A DNA stretch of 64,000 nt from Alphaproteobacteria bacterium (GCA_045532865.1 JAZSGT010000028.1:18507-82506), one strand, 5' to 3'; shown: positions 29,660 through 38,822, counted from the stretch's first letter. Numbers and translations are program-made. The notes: generated by a model from the letters alone, not told the origin.

Positions 29660-30832
29660 ATGAAGAAATGGACATACAAAATAATGGCAATTTTTTTCAT
29701 CGTTAGTTCTGTCTCTTGGCAGGCATTAGGTGCAGTTGATTGTCAAAAAGTTTATAATAATATTGATTTAGAGTATAATTTAAACAATAAACCTGCTTCA
29801 GCCAAATGTTGTGTTGATATGTGTGGTGGAGTAGGTGGTCTTGACAATACAGGGGCTTGTTGCTGTGGGCCAAGATGTGCAGGAGATGATCCTTCAACCG
29901 AACCAACAGAACCACAAAATTGTGAAGAAGAAATAATGTGTTGCTTTGATGAGCCAGAATATTATGATAAGCATCCAGATTGTTGTGAGTTAAATGATAA
30001 ATATGAGTTTGTGGCAAGCTATTATGAGGATAGTTGGGGTGACCTTTCTAAATTAAGACCTGAAAGTCAGTGTTGTATTAAAGATGAACCTAAGAATGTA
30101 AGTGGACAGGTAACAAAAACTTGTTGTGAAGGTTTAATGGGCTCTTATAGAAATGGAAACGTCTGGGCAGGTTCTTCTAGTTCTGAAAGTGGAAATCCTT
30201 CCAGTGTTGGAGATGGTGATGAAGCTTGTTGCAAACAAGGATATCCCTACAATTATGCTGGAGAGATGACTGGGCCATGCTGTGAACTTTATGGAACGGA
30301 ACTCAAGTTTGATAAACCCGATAATACACATGAACAAACAGATCTGATAAAGCATTGTCATTTTTATGAAGACAATACACTGAATGTATCAGCCTGTTGC
30401 GTTAAAGGAAGTCGAAGGTTATGTGATAGCAATTCTGAAGACGAATATAGAGGGGCTCCGAGTTTTATTTGTTGTTATGCTGCACAAGGAGAAGTTTGGG
30501 TTAAGGTTAAGGATGAAGGAACTGAGAGATGGGAGCCTGCTAAAGGGAATATTGGTACGCATAAAAACATTGAACATGATTCTACTGCATGGAAGTGCTG
30601 TACAACATTTGGTTACAGAGGTGTTGGTGCAACCGATTGTACACCAAAAGATGGTGTTACAAGCGATTTTGATGATATAGATTGCAGTAAAGTGGTTAGC
30701 AATTATAATCCAAATTATAACTTAGAGCATAGAGCTGAAGCAACAGCTTGTTGCCAGGATTTCTGTGGGTCTTCAGGTTTTATTGATGATACGGGAACCT
30801 GTTGTTGTTCTCCTGGATGTGGTGGGGGATAA
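29660..30832 (+). CDS. cysteine-rich (CC-doublet) secreted protein, partner of the pilin-like protein
   Basis: RBS gggagat. Sec signal peptide MKKWTYKIMAIFFIVSSVSWQALGA. 38 Cys in 390 aa. Terminal modules are AKCCVDMCGGVGGLDNTGACCCGPRCAGDD near the N-terminus and ACCQDFCGSSGFIDDTGTCCCSPGCGGG at the C-terminus. Confidence 0.7.
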   Translation: MKKWTYKIMAIFFIVSSVSWQALGAVDCQKVYNNIDLEYNLNNKPASAKCCVDMCGGVGGLDNTGACCCGPRCAGDDPSTEPTEPQNCEEEIMCCFDEPEYYDKHPDCCELNDKYEFVASYYEDSWGDLSKLRPESQCCIKDEPKNVSGQVTKTCCEGLMGSYRNGNVWAGSSSSESGNPSSVGDGDEACCKQGYPYNYAGEMTGPCCELYGTELKFDKPDNTHEQTDLIKHCHFYEDNTLNVSACCVKGSRRLCDSNSEDEYRGAPSFICCYAAQGEVWVKVKDEGTERWEPAKGNIGTHKNIEHDSTAWKCCTTFGYRGVGATDCTPKDGVTSDFDDIDCSKVVSNYNPNYNLEHRAEATACCQDFCGSSGFIDDTGTCCCSPGCGGG

Positions 30833-30860
30833 TAAAACAAAAGCTAAGGTTGTTTAACAA

Positions 30861-30889
30861 AAAAACCACCGATTTTATCGGTGGTTTTC
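30861..30889. terminator. bidirectional terminator between the Cys-rich operon and fabI
   Basis: aaaccaccgat ttta tcggtggttt. Confidence 0.8.
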
Positions 30890-30906
30890 TATGAAAATGA
30901 TAACGT

Positions 30907-31737
30907 CTATTCTGACAGTTTAAATTGAGAGAGTAACTCTGCTGATTTTGTTGCATTGCGAGGATTAATCATTGCATTTTTGTTATATCCTGCATCAACA
31001 TGAATAATTTCACCCGTTACGCCAGCAGCTAAATCTGAACAAAGATACATGCCTGTGCCACCAACATCTTCAATTGTTACGTTGCGACAAAGGGCTGAAT
31101 TGTTCTCTGTCCAGCCAAGAATTTGTCTGAAATCACCAATACCGGCAGCAGCAAGTGTGCGAATTGGTCCGGCAGAAATAGCATTCACACGAATGTTTTG
31201 ATGTCCAAGGTCAAAAGCAATAAAGTGAATAGATGCTTCTAATGCAGCTTTTGCAACGCCCATTACGTTATAGTTTGGTAAATATCTTTCAGCACCTAAA
31301 TAGGTGAGTGTTAAACAAGCGCCACCATCTGTCATTAATTCAGAAGCACGTTTACAAACATCTGTGAATGAATAACAAGAAATGAGCATTGAATTGGTGA
31401 AGTTTGCTTGAGTTGTGTCAACATATCTGCCTTTAAGTTCATTTTTGTCAGAAAAAGCAATAGCGTGAACAACAAAGTCCAATTTGCCCCACTTTTTTTT
31501 TAGTGTTGCAAAAACATTATCCATTGATTCTGGATTGAGTACATCGCATGGGATTAAAATATCTGAACCAATGCTTTCAGCCAATGGTTTAACACGTTTT
31601 TCAAGTGCTTCACCTTGGTATGTAAAAGCAATTTCAGCCCCTTGATCTGCCATGGCTTTTGCAATACCCCAAGCAATGGAGTGGTCGTTTGCAACACCCA
31701 TGATGAGACCTTTTTTCCCTGCCATAATTCCTGTCAT
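30907..31737 (-). CDS. fabI: enoyl-[acyl-carrier-protein] reductase (NADH)
   Basis: MTGIMAGKKGLIMGVAND...; SDR fold with the FabI Y-x6-K region; start set at the ATG with an aagga RBS. Confidence 0.9.
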   Translation of the reverse strand: MTGIMAGKKGLIMGVANDHSIAWGIAKAMADQGAEIAFTYQGEALEKRVKPLAESIGSDILIPCDVLNPESMDNVFATLKKKWGKLDFVVHAIAFSDKNELKGRYVDTTQANFTNSMLISCYSFTDVCKRASELMTDGGACLTLTYLGAERYLPNYNVMGVAKAALEASIHFIAFDLGHQNIRVNAISAGPIRTLAAAGIGDFRQILGWTENNSALCRNVTIEDVGGTGMYLCSDLAAGVTGEIIHVDAGYNKNAMINPRNATKSAELLSQFKLSE

Positions 31738-31949
31738 ATTTTTTCCTTCCATAATATTTCACACATTATATTTTATAGACTATTCTAGATAAAGATATAC
31801 GAAAAGTCAAAAAAAAGCAAATGACACTTTTATGACAGTTGTAAAATAAAGGCTAGTAGCTCAAAATGAGCGTTTTTTTTGTTTTTGTCTGGTTGACTTT
31901 TATTGAAAATAAGTGTATTATTTTTCAACATAATTTAAAGGAGTATAAT

Positions 31950-33722
31950 ATGAAAGCTGCTGAGTTAAGAAAAAAGTTTATCGATTTTTTTGTTTCAAAA
32001 AATCATGTGGAGATTAAAAGCGCTCCATTAATTCCTGATAATGATCCAACTGTTCTTTTTACAATGGCTGGGATGCATCCATTGGTTCCGTTTTTGTTGG
32101 GCGCTCCTCATCCAGCTGGGAAGCGTTTGGTTGATTTTCAAAAATGTATCAGAACAGGTGATATTGAAGAGGTGGGTGATAAGGTTCATTTAACTTTTTT
32201 TGAAATGCTTGGTAATTGGTCCATTGGTGATTATTTTAAAAAAGAAGCAATAGAATATAGTTTTGAATTTTTAACAAGCAAAGAATGGCTAGGACTTGAT
32301 TTAGATAAATTAGCATTTACTGTTTTTGCAGGGAATGCGCATGCTCCTTTTGATGAAGAGGCTTATAATACATGGCTTTCATTGGGTGTTTCTCCAAACA
32401 AAATTGCAAAACTGGAAGCAAACTGGTGGGGTCCAGCAGGGGTAACAGGCCCTTGTGGTCCAGATACAGAAATGTTCTATTGGACTGGCTCAGAACCAAC
32501 ACCAGAAGTTTTTGATCCAGAAAATCCTCTTTGGGTCGAAATTTGGAATGATGTTTTGATGCAATATAATAAAAATGAAAAAGGCGAGCTTGAAAAGTTA
32601 GCCCATCCAAATGTTGATACTGGTATGGGTTTTGAACGTGTTGTTGCTGTATTAAATGGATTTGACAGTTGTTATGACACAGAACTTTTCGTTCCATTAT
32701 TTGAAGCGTTGGATAAATTCCGTGGTATTGAAACGCCTTCTGAACGGACGAGAGAAGAACGCATTATTATTGATCATGCAAGAGCTGCCACGTTTATTAT
32801 GGCTGAAGGGATTACTCCAGGGAATAAAGATCAACAATACCAATTGCGCCGTATCGTTCGCAGAATGTTAGGGGAAGGGCATAAATTGAATTTAGCTCCA
32901 GGTTTTGCATTACCTGTTGCTGAAAAAGTGATTGAAATGTATCAAGGATATTATCCAGAACTTGCTAAAAACAAAGAACTTATTTTATCAGCTTTTGAAT
33001 TGGAAGAAAAAGATTTTTCAAAAACACTTGTTCGTGGTGTTCAAATGTTTGAAAAAGCTATTCAAGATGAAAAAAATGTTCAAAATGGCGTTTTAAGTGG
33101 TTTGGTTGTTTTTGATTTGGCTCAAACATTTGGGTTCCCAAAAGAAATGGCTGTTATGATGGCTGAAGAAAAAGGTCTTAAAGTGAATTTAAAAGAATTT
33201 GATGAAGCCTTTAAACACCATCAAGATATTTCTCGTGGGGCATCTGCTCCTTGTGGTTTAGCTGATAAAAAAGAAGAAACAACAGCACTTCATACAGCAA
33301 CACACTTGTTGCACCAAGCACTCAGAACAGTTCTTGGAACTCATGTGGAGCAACGTGGTTCTCACATTACAGCTGAACGGTTGCGTTTTGACTTTTCTCA
33401 TCATGAAAAAGTTTCTCCAGATGATTTGAAAAAAGTTGAAGATCTTGTCAATGAGGTTATTCAAAAAGATATGCCAGTTCTGTGTGAAGAAATGACTCTT
33501 GATGAGGCTTTACAAAAAGGAGCAATTGGTCTTTTTGCTAATAAGTATGGTGAAAAAGTAACTGTTTACTCTATGGGTGATTTTAGTAAAGAGGTTTGTG
33601 CAGGTCCTCACGTAACAAATACTGGTGTTTTAAAATCATTCCATATCATGAAAGAGGAAAGCTCTAGTAAAGGTGTTCGCCGAATAAAAGCAACGGTAGG
33701 ATTTGTGAAAAACAATGCATAA
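31950..33722 (+). CDS. alaS: alanine--tRNA ligase, compact form (lacks beta-barrel linker and C-Ala domain)
   Basis: AlaRS class II catalytic core (FTMAGMHP, GDYFK, WGPAGVTGPCGPDTE, DTGMGFERV); editing-core HTATHLLH and CAGPHV motifs present; only about 590 aa; RBS aaaggag. Confidence 0.85.
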   Translation: MKAAELRKKFIDFFVSKNHVEIKSAPLIPDNDPTVLFTMAGMHPLVPFLLGAPHPAGKRLVDFQKCIRTGDIEEVGDKVHLTFFEMLGNWSIGDYFKKEAIEYSFEFLTSKEWLGLDLDKLAFTVFAGNAHAPFDEEAYNTWLSLGVSPNKIAKLEANWWGPAGVTGPCGPDTEMFYWTGSEPTPEVFDPENPLWVEIWNDVLMQYNKNEKGELEKLAHPNVDTGMGFERVVAVLNGFDSCYDTELFVPLFEALDKFRGIETPSERTREERIIIDHARAATFIMAEGITPGNKDQQYQLRRIVRRMLGEGHKLNLAPGFALPVAEKVIEMYQGYYPELAKNKELILSAFELEEKDFSKTLVRGVQMFEKAIQDEKNVQNGVLSGLVVFDLAQTFGFPKEMAVMMAEEKGLKVNLKEFDEAFKHHQDISRGASAPCGLADKKEETTALHTATHLLHQALRTVLGTHVEQRGSHITAERLRFDFSHHEKVSPDDLKKVEDLVNEVIQKDMPVLCEEMTLDEALQKGAIGLFANKYGEKVTVYSMGDFSKEVCAGPHVTNTGVLKSFHIMKEESSSKGVRRIKATVGFVKNNA

Positions 33723-33728
33723 AATCAA

Positions 33729-33759
33729 AATGGCGAATGGAAGCATTCGCCATTTTTTG
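33729..33759 (+). terminator. rho-independent terminator after alaS
   Basis: aatggcgaatg gaag cattcgccatt followed by T5. Confidence 0.75.
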
Positions 33760-33769
33760 TTGAGGGAAA

Positions 33770-34555
33770 ATGTTTGGTGCAATTATAGGAGATGTTATTG
33801 GTTCTTCTTATGAATTTCATAATGTGAAAACAAAAGATTTTAAGTTGTTTACTGAAAATTCATGTTTCACAGATGATACAATTTTAACATGTGCTACAGC
33901 TGAATGGTTGCTAACTGGACAGCCTGCTGAAGTGATTTTAAAAAAATGGGGAAATAAATATAAAAACAGGTATTATGAGAATGGTCAAATTCCTCCTTTT
34001 GGGAAAGGATTTTCAAATTGGCTTGAAACAGGTGTTCCTTATGGGGCTAAAACAAATGGATGTGTGATGAGAATAAGCCCCGTTGGGTTGATGGAAAAGG
34101 ATTTGAATATTGCATTAAAAAAAGCGCATTATTTTACAAATTTGACGCATAATCATCCAGAAAGTTTAAAATACGTTTCTATGTATATTGAAACGATGTT
34201 TTTACTGAAGAAAAATGTGCATCCTAATCAAATTAAAAAATATCTTTCTTCAAAATATGAATGTGATTTGTCAAAGTCAATTGATGATATAAGGCCATCT
34301 TATAACAAATTTTATGTTTCCTGCAAAAACTCAGTTCCACAAGCCATTGTGGCTGGATTAGATGCTACTTCATATGAAGATGCTATTCGAAGTGCTGTTT
34401 CATTAGGGGGAGATAGTGATACGTTGGCGTGTATGGCTGGGGGTATTGCAGAATTGAGGTTTTCAATCCCTCAAAAATTGCAAAAAAAGACGTTGACATA
34501 TTTGGACCCTGTCATGAGAAAATTGATTTTTGATTTTTATCAAAAGAAAAGATAG
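33770..34555 (+). CDS. ADP-ribosylglycohydrolase family protein
   Basis: N-terminal GAIIGDVIGSSYEF and FTDDTILT motifs of the ARH/DraG family. Confidence 0.75.
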   Translation: MFGAIIGDVIGSSYEFHNVKTKDFKLFTENSCFTDDTILTCATAEWLLTGQPAEVILKKWGNKYKNRYYENGQIPPFGKGFSNWLETGVPYGAKTNGCVMRISPVGLMEKDLNIALKKAHYFTNLTHNHPESLKYVSMYIETMFLLKKNVHPNQIKKYLSSKYECDLSKSIDDIRPSYNKFYVSCKNSVPQAIVAGLDATSYEDAIRSAVSLGGDSDTLACMAGGIAELRFSIPQKLQKKTLTYLDPVMRKLIFDFYQKKR

Positions 34556-34631
34556 TGATTTAATTTGTTAAAAAAGAGTTTTTATGGTAAAATAAAAATA
34601 TGTGATACAAAAGAAAATAGGGGAATGGTCT

Positions 34632-36203
34632 ATGGCTGATAATAAAATGCTTTCACTTCAAGAAAAAAGAAAATTAGCAAGTTGTTTTGATTTAAGCTTA
34701 TTATCTCAAGATGATAGAGAATTTTTTTATTCCATATTATATAATCATTTAGATGAATTCCCTATTTTAACCATGCTTGCAAAAGATGTGATGAATGGTT
34801 CAAATAAAAAAATATTTATTAATGTGAAAAAGTTAGATTCTAACATAAATGGGTATCAAGGCAATGGTGAAATTTGTTTTTCAACGCAATTATGGCATTC
34901 TTGTAAACAAAAAAAAGATACAAAAAGAGCGGCTTCTACATTTTGGCATGAGATTATGCATGCAATTCAGCAAGATAAGTTGACTTATTCCTATTCAAAA
35001 AGAGGATATATGGTGTATCGTCAATTTATTGAAGCTGAAGCAATGAGTTATTCTAATTTGATGGTGCCTAGGTGCGAATTTGAAGATGAACTTTATAAAT
35101 CAATTTTAAAAGATTCACCATCTAAGTTTGAGGCTCAAAAAAGATATATTGCTGTTTCTACAAGATTACGTTTAAATGCTGATAGAGAACTGGCAAAATT
35201 TGATGCTCAAAATATTATGGGAAAATATTTTTCAGAATCAAAATGGGAAGATTCTGAAAAATATACAATCAAAGGTTGGCGTGATTTTTATTATAAATAT
35301 CACCAAGATTATGCTAAAAATATATGGGAAACAAAAGGAAGCTATGATAACAAATTAATTTCAGAAAGTGAAAAATATTTTGAAGACAGATATGGTATTA
35401 AAATTTCTGCAAAAGCAGCTATTTCTGAAGATGTTATTAATAATTATGGCTTATCAACTGGAATATTAAATACACGTATTATAAAGTTAAATGATGCAGA
35501 AGTTTTTGAAATTTCTAAATGGCGAGAACTGTCAGATAGACATGGTAATAAAGCATATACATTGGATATGCCAAATATGGATCCATCTTATATTAATGAT
35601 GTGTATGGGCATATTCTTGCAAATGGAATTCATGTTAAAAAGACGTATGCAATCCATAGAGATGGGTTTTCATCAAGATTACTTCAGATTGTAAATACAC
35701 CTGAAAATATTAAAAAGTTTATTGAAAAATGTGAGACATCAAAACAACCAAAAGTAAGAGAAGATATTTGGCCTAAACCAGATGAAAGAAAATGTGGCTA
35801 TGGTAAGCAAATTTTTAATAATGCTATTATTGCTATTGATGTTGAAAATCCTCCCATTTTTCAAGTTGGAAAATACAAGAATATTAGTGTTGATTTTAAT
35901 GAGTTCCTTTCCCCTAAAAATAAAAAGTTTTTAAAAGAAGGTGGTTTGATTTTTGTTGGTAAGCATCCAGATTCGTTAGCGATTGATCTTCCAAAAGAGG
36001 TGATGGATAAGGCTTGTAAATATTGTGCTTTTAAAGAAAGTGATCCAACTGTATCTCGATTGCAAGGATACTTGTTTGTTGATAGGGAAGGGTTTCTTTG
36101 TTACAAAGAGTGCTCAACAAATGGTTCGTTTGTTCAACGGGGTAATCCAAATAGATTAAACCAATGTAAAAATCGAGAGCAATATTCTATGTCAACAAGA
36201 TAA
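34632..36203 (+). CDS. hypothetical protein with HExxH (WHEIMHAIQ) zincin-like motif
   Basis: 523-aa ORF from the ATG at 34632 (GTG at 34602 also possible). HEIMH followed about 30 aa later by EAEA, gluzincin-like. No signal peptide. Confidence 0.5.
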   Translation: MADNKMLSLQEKRKLASCFDLSLLSQDDREFFYSILYNHLDEFPILTMLAKDVMNGSNKKIFINVKKLDSNINGYQGNGEICFSTQLWHSCKQKKDTKRAASTFWHEIMHAIQQDKLTYSYSKRGYMVYRQFIEAEAMSYSNLMVPRCEFEDELYKSILKDSPSKFEAQKRYIAVSTRLRLNADRELAKFDAQNIMGKYFSESKWEDSEKYTIKGWRDFYYKYHQDYAKNIWETKGSYDNKLISESEKYFEDRYGIKISAKAAISEDVINNYGLSTGILNTRIIKLNDAEVFEISKWRELSDRHGNKAYTLDMPNMDPSYINDVYGHILANGIHVKKTYAIHRDGFSSRLLQIVNTPENIKKFIEKCETSKQPKVREDIWPKPDERKCGYGKQIFNNAIIAIDVENPPIFQVGKYKNISVDFNEFLSPKNKKFLKEGGLIFVGKHPDSLAIDLPKEVMDKACKYCAFKESDPTVSRLQGYLFVDREGFLCYKECSTNGSFVQRGNPNRLNQCKNREQYSMSTR

Positions 36204-36299
36204 AAGCGAATGTTTTTTAAATCTGATAGATAAAAATCATCTTGTTTTTTTTGTGATATTTTGATATGATTATCCCAATTTAGTGAAAGGGATTTTAAA

Positions 36300-37820
36300 A
36301 TGAAAAAATATATCACAACACCTATTTATTATACAAATGGTGCTCCTCATATTGGGCATGCTTATACAACAATTTTAGCCGATGTATTCAAAAAATTTGA
36401 ACAAATGAAAGGAAATGATGTTTTCTTTTCAACAGGGACGGACGAACATGGTCAAAAAAACCAACACTCTTGTGAGGCTTCTGGTTTATCTCCAGATGAA
36501 TTTTTGACACGCCAAAGTCAGTTGTTCAGAGATTTGTTTGACAGAATGGGTATTGATTATGACTATTTTGTTAGAACAACTTCTGAAGACCATAAAAAAG
36601 TTGTTCGTAGAGTATTGCAAGATTTATTTGATCGTGGTTTGATTATCAAAAAATCATATGAAGGTTTATATTGTGAAGGGTGTGAACAATTTAAAAAGAA
36701 ATGTGATTTAACAGAAGAAGGGTTATGTCCTGATCATTTGAAAGCTCCAAAAGTTATTTCTGAAGAAAATTACTTTTTCCGTTTAGAACCATATCGCCAA
36801 TGGTTAAAAGAATATATTGCTTTAAATCCTGATTGGATTACGCCAACAAATTATGCAAAAGAAGTTTTGGGAATGCTTGAAGAACCTTTGGATGATTTGT
36901 GTATTTCTCGTCCAAAAGACAGAGTTTGGTTGGGTATTGAATTGCCTTTTGATGCAGATTTTGTTACATATATTTGGTTTGATGCATTGATTAACTATAT
37001 TTCAACATTAAAATTTGGTGAAAATGAAGATTTTGCATCCTATTGGAAAAATTCATATCATTTACTTGCAAAAGATATTTTGAAACCACACTGCATTTAT
37101 TGGCCAATCATGTTAAAAGCAATTGGTATTGATCCTGTCAGTCGTTGTATTGTTCATGGATATTGGATTGGTGAAGGCGGTGTTAAAATGTCCAAATCAT
37201 TGGGTAACGTTGTTGATCCAAATGAAGTGATTGATATTATGGGTGTTGAACCTTTACGATTCTATTTAATCAACAACATGAGTTTAAGCAATGATTCGCC
37301 AATTAGTATTGCACTTTTAAGACAAGGCTATAAATTGTTGGCAAACAATTTAGGTAACTTGCAAATGCGTGTTCTAAAAATGGTTGATAAGAATTTGGAA
37401 GGCGCTATTCCTTCTGATGTTGCTTTGTTACCTGAGGATGAAAAAGTTTTAACAGACATTTCAGCTGAATTTAATGCTGTGTATAAGAAAGATAGTTCTC
37501 TTGAAACAGCTGTTGAATTAGCAAGTAAAATTATGTCAGCTTGTAATCAGGTGAATGCTTATTTCGCTGCAAATGAACCTTGGATATTGGCAAAAAATCC
37601 AGAAAAAATGGAGCGCTTTAAACAAGTTGTTTACACAACTTTGGATGCATTGAGATTGATTGCAACAGCTTTATATCCTCTGATGCCAAACACAAGCAAA
37701 TCTATTCTTGAAACATTGGATGTTAAAGAGGATAAAGTTGAAGCTTTGTTTGAAGCAAAAGCTTTGGATGAAGGAAAAATTACAGTTCCAAGTCCATTGT
37801 TCCCATTCTTGCCTGAATAG
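36300..37820 (+). CDS. metG: methionine--tRNA ligase (short form)
   Basis: HIGH (PHIGHAYT) and KMSKS motifs; CxxC knuckle region. Confidence 0.9.
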   Translation: MKKYITTPIYYTNGAPHIGHAYTTILADVFKKFEQMKGNDVFFSTGTDEHGQKNQHSCEASGLSPDEFLTRQSQLFRDLFDRMGIDYDYFVRTTSEDHKKVVRRVLQDLFDRGLIIKKSYEGLYCEGCEQFKKKCDLTEEGLCPDHLKAPKVISEENYFFRLEPYRQWLKEYIALNPDWITPTNYAKEVLGMLEEPLDDLCISRPKDRVWLGIELPFDADFVTYIWFDALINYISTLKFGENEDFASYWKNSYHLLAKDILKPHCIYWPIMLKAIGIDPVSRCIVHGYWIGEGGVKMSKSLGNVVDPNEVIDIMGVEPLRFYLINNMSLSNDSPISIALLRQGYKLLANNLGNLQMRVLKMVDKNLEGAIPSDVALLPEDEKVLTDISAEFNAVYKKDSSLETAVELASKIMSACNQVNAYFAANEPWILAKNPEKMERFKQVVYTTLDALRLIATALYPLMPNTSKSILETLDVKEDKVEALFEAKALDEGKITVPSPLFPFLPE

Positions 37821-37825
37821 AAGTT

Positions 37826-38101
37826 GTGATGAAGATTGATTGTGGCAAAAGATATGCAATGCAGGCATTGATTAAAACGCACAAAGTTTTTGTTCAAAAA
37901 GGTATTAAATCAGAGGGTGATTATTCTTGTGTCAAAGTTGATTTTTCAAATGTAACTTCTGAAACGGCAAAAGCATTTAAACGTTGTTATAGAAAAAAAT
38001 TGTTGAAAGAATTTGTAAAAAAAAGTTGCCATGACCAGCAGTTATTACGGCTTGTATTTCACCATTTGCATTGCTTTGGGTTGCAGGATGTGTGGATTTA
38101 G
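37826..38101 (+). CDS. hypothetical small protein (doubtful)
   Basis: 91-aa ORF directly after metG; no similarity recognised. Confidence 0.25.
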   Translation: MMKIDCGKRYAMQALIKTHKVFVQKGIKSEGDYSCVKVDFSNVTSETAKAFKRCYRKKLLKEFVKKSCHDQQLLRLVFHHLHCFGLQDVWI

Positions 38102-38224
38102 TGGATAATAAACCACAAAAAGATGCTTCTTATCAGATAAAGGTTGAAAAAATTAATTCACAGAATAAATCTATACCTCCTATTCATTATATAAATCGTG
38201 AGAAAAATTAAACTTTAAAAAATG

Positions 38225-38260
38225 AGACGGTTAATCTTAAAAAGATTGCCGTCTTTTTTT
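38225..38260 (+). terminator. rho-independent terminator
   Basis: agacgg...ccgtct stem with an inner aatctt/aagatt stem, followed by T7. Confidence 0.65.
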
Positions 38261-38287
38261 GTGGTGGATTTTAATATAATTTTAAAA

Positions 38288-38316
38288 TTGACTTTCATTT
38301 TGATAAAGCATATAAT
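38288..38316 (+). promoter_or_regulatory. near-consensus sigma70 promoter (TTGACT, 17 nt, TATAAT)
   Basis: ttgact at 38288-93, 17-nt spacer, tataat at 38311-16. Confidence 0.6.
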
Positions 38317-38346
38317 CGTATGCATATAAAAATAAAGGAGTTGCTT

Positions 38347-38655
38347 ATGTTTTTATCAAGATTAAAGTCTTTTTTTGTCCCCGATACAACAGATTTATTG
38401 CTTAAGAATGAAAATATTTATGTTGATAAAACATTCTTTAATCGGTGTTTAAAAGGGAAATATCTTTTGAATATGAAATATAGAAAAGTAAAAGTTGGTT
38501 TATTAAAACGCCAAATTGATAAAAAGATTTATGATTTAACAGAAAATGACTTGTATAAGTATCTTCAAAATCGTGAAAAAGAGGGAAAAATGAGTTCTTC
38601 TTTTGAACAGTTGATTGAAAATATTGAAAAAATGGATTCGATACAAAAAGTGTAA
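38347..38655 (+). CDS. hypothetical protein; possibly the 5' part of a frameshifted gene that continues to about 38820
   Basis: ATG at 38347 with an aaggag RBS. The ORF stops at 38655, but the +2 frame stays open to 38820 (YRSNLIKDGQHRAIYLLWKYGPDYEVDTIHIRVKK...). That is followed immediately by the terminator at 38823. Confidence 0.35.
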   Translation: MFLSRLKSFFVPDTTDLLLKNENIYVDKTFFNRCLKGKYLLNMKYRKVKVGLLKRQIDKKIYDLTENDLYKYLQNREKEGKMSSSFEQLIENIEKMDSIQKV

Positions 38656-38822
38656 TTATTTGTAAATATCGCTCAAATCTAATTAAAGATGGTCAACACA
38701 GAGCAATTTATTTGTTGTGGAAATATGGTCCAGATTATGAGGTTGATACAATCCATATTCGTGTAAAGAAAAGTTTATTAAGATTTCAATTGTTTCCTTG
38801 GTTGAAAAAGAAATTTTAAAAA

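Noticed and set aside
38085-38320. Replication origin near the DnaA-box-like pair
   Set aside because: Only two boxes, no cluster, no flanking dnaA or hemE context. Kept as a low-interest note.
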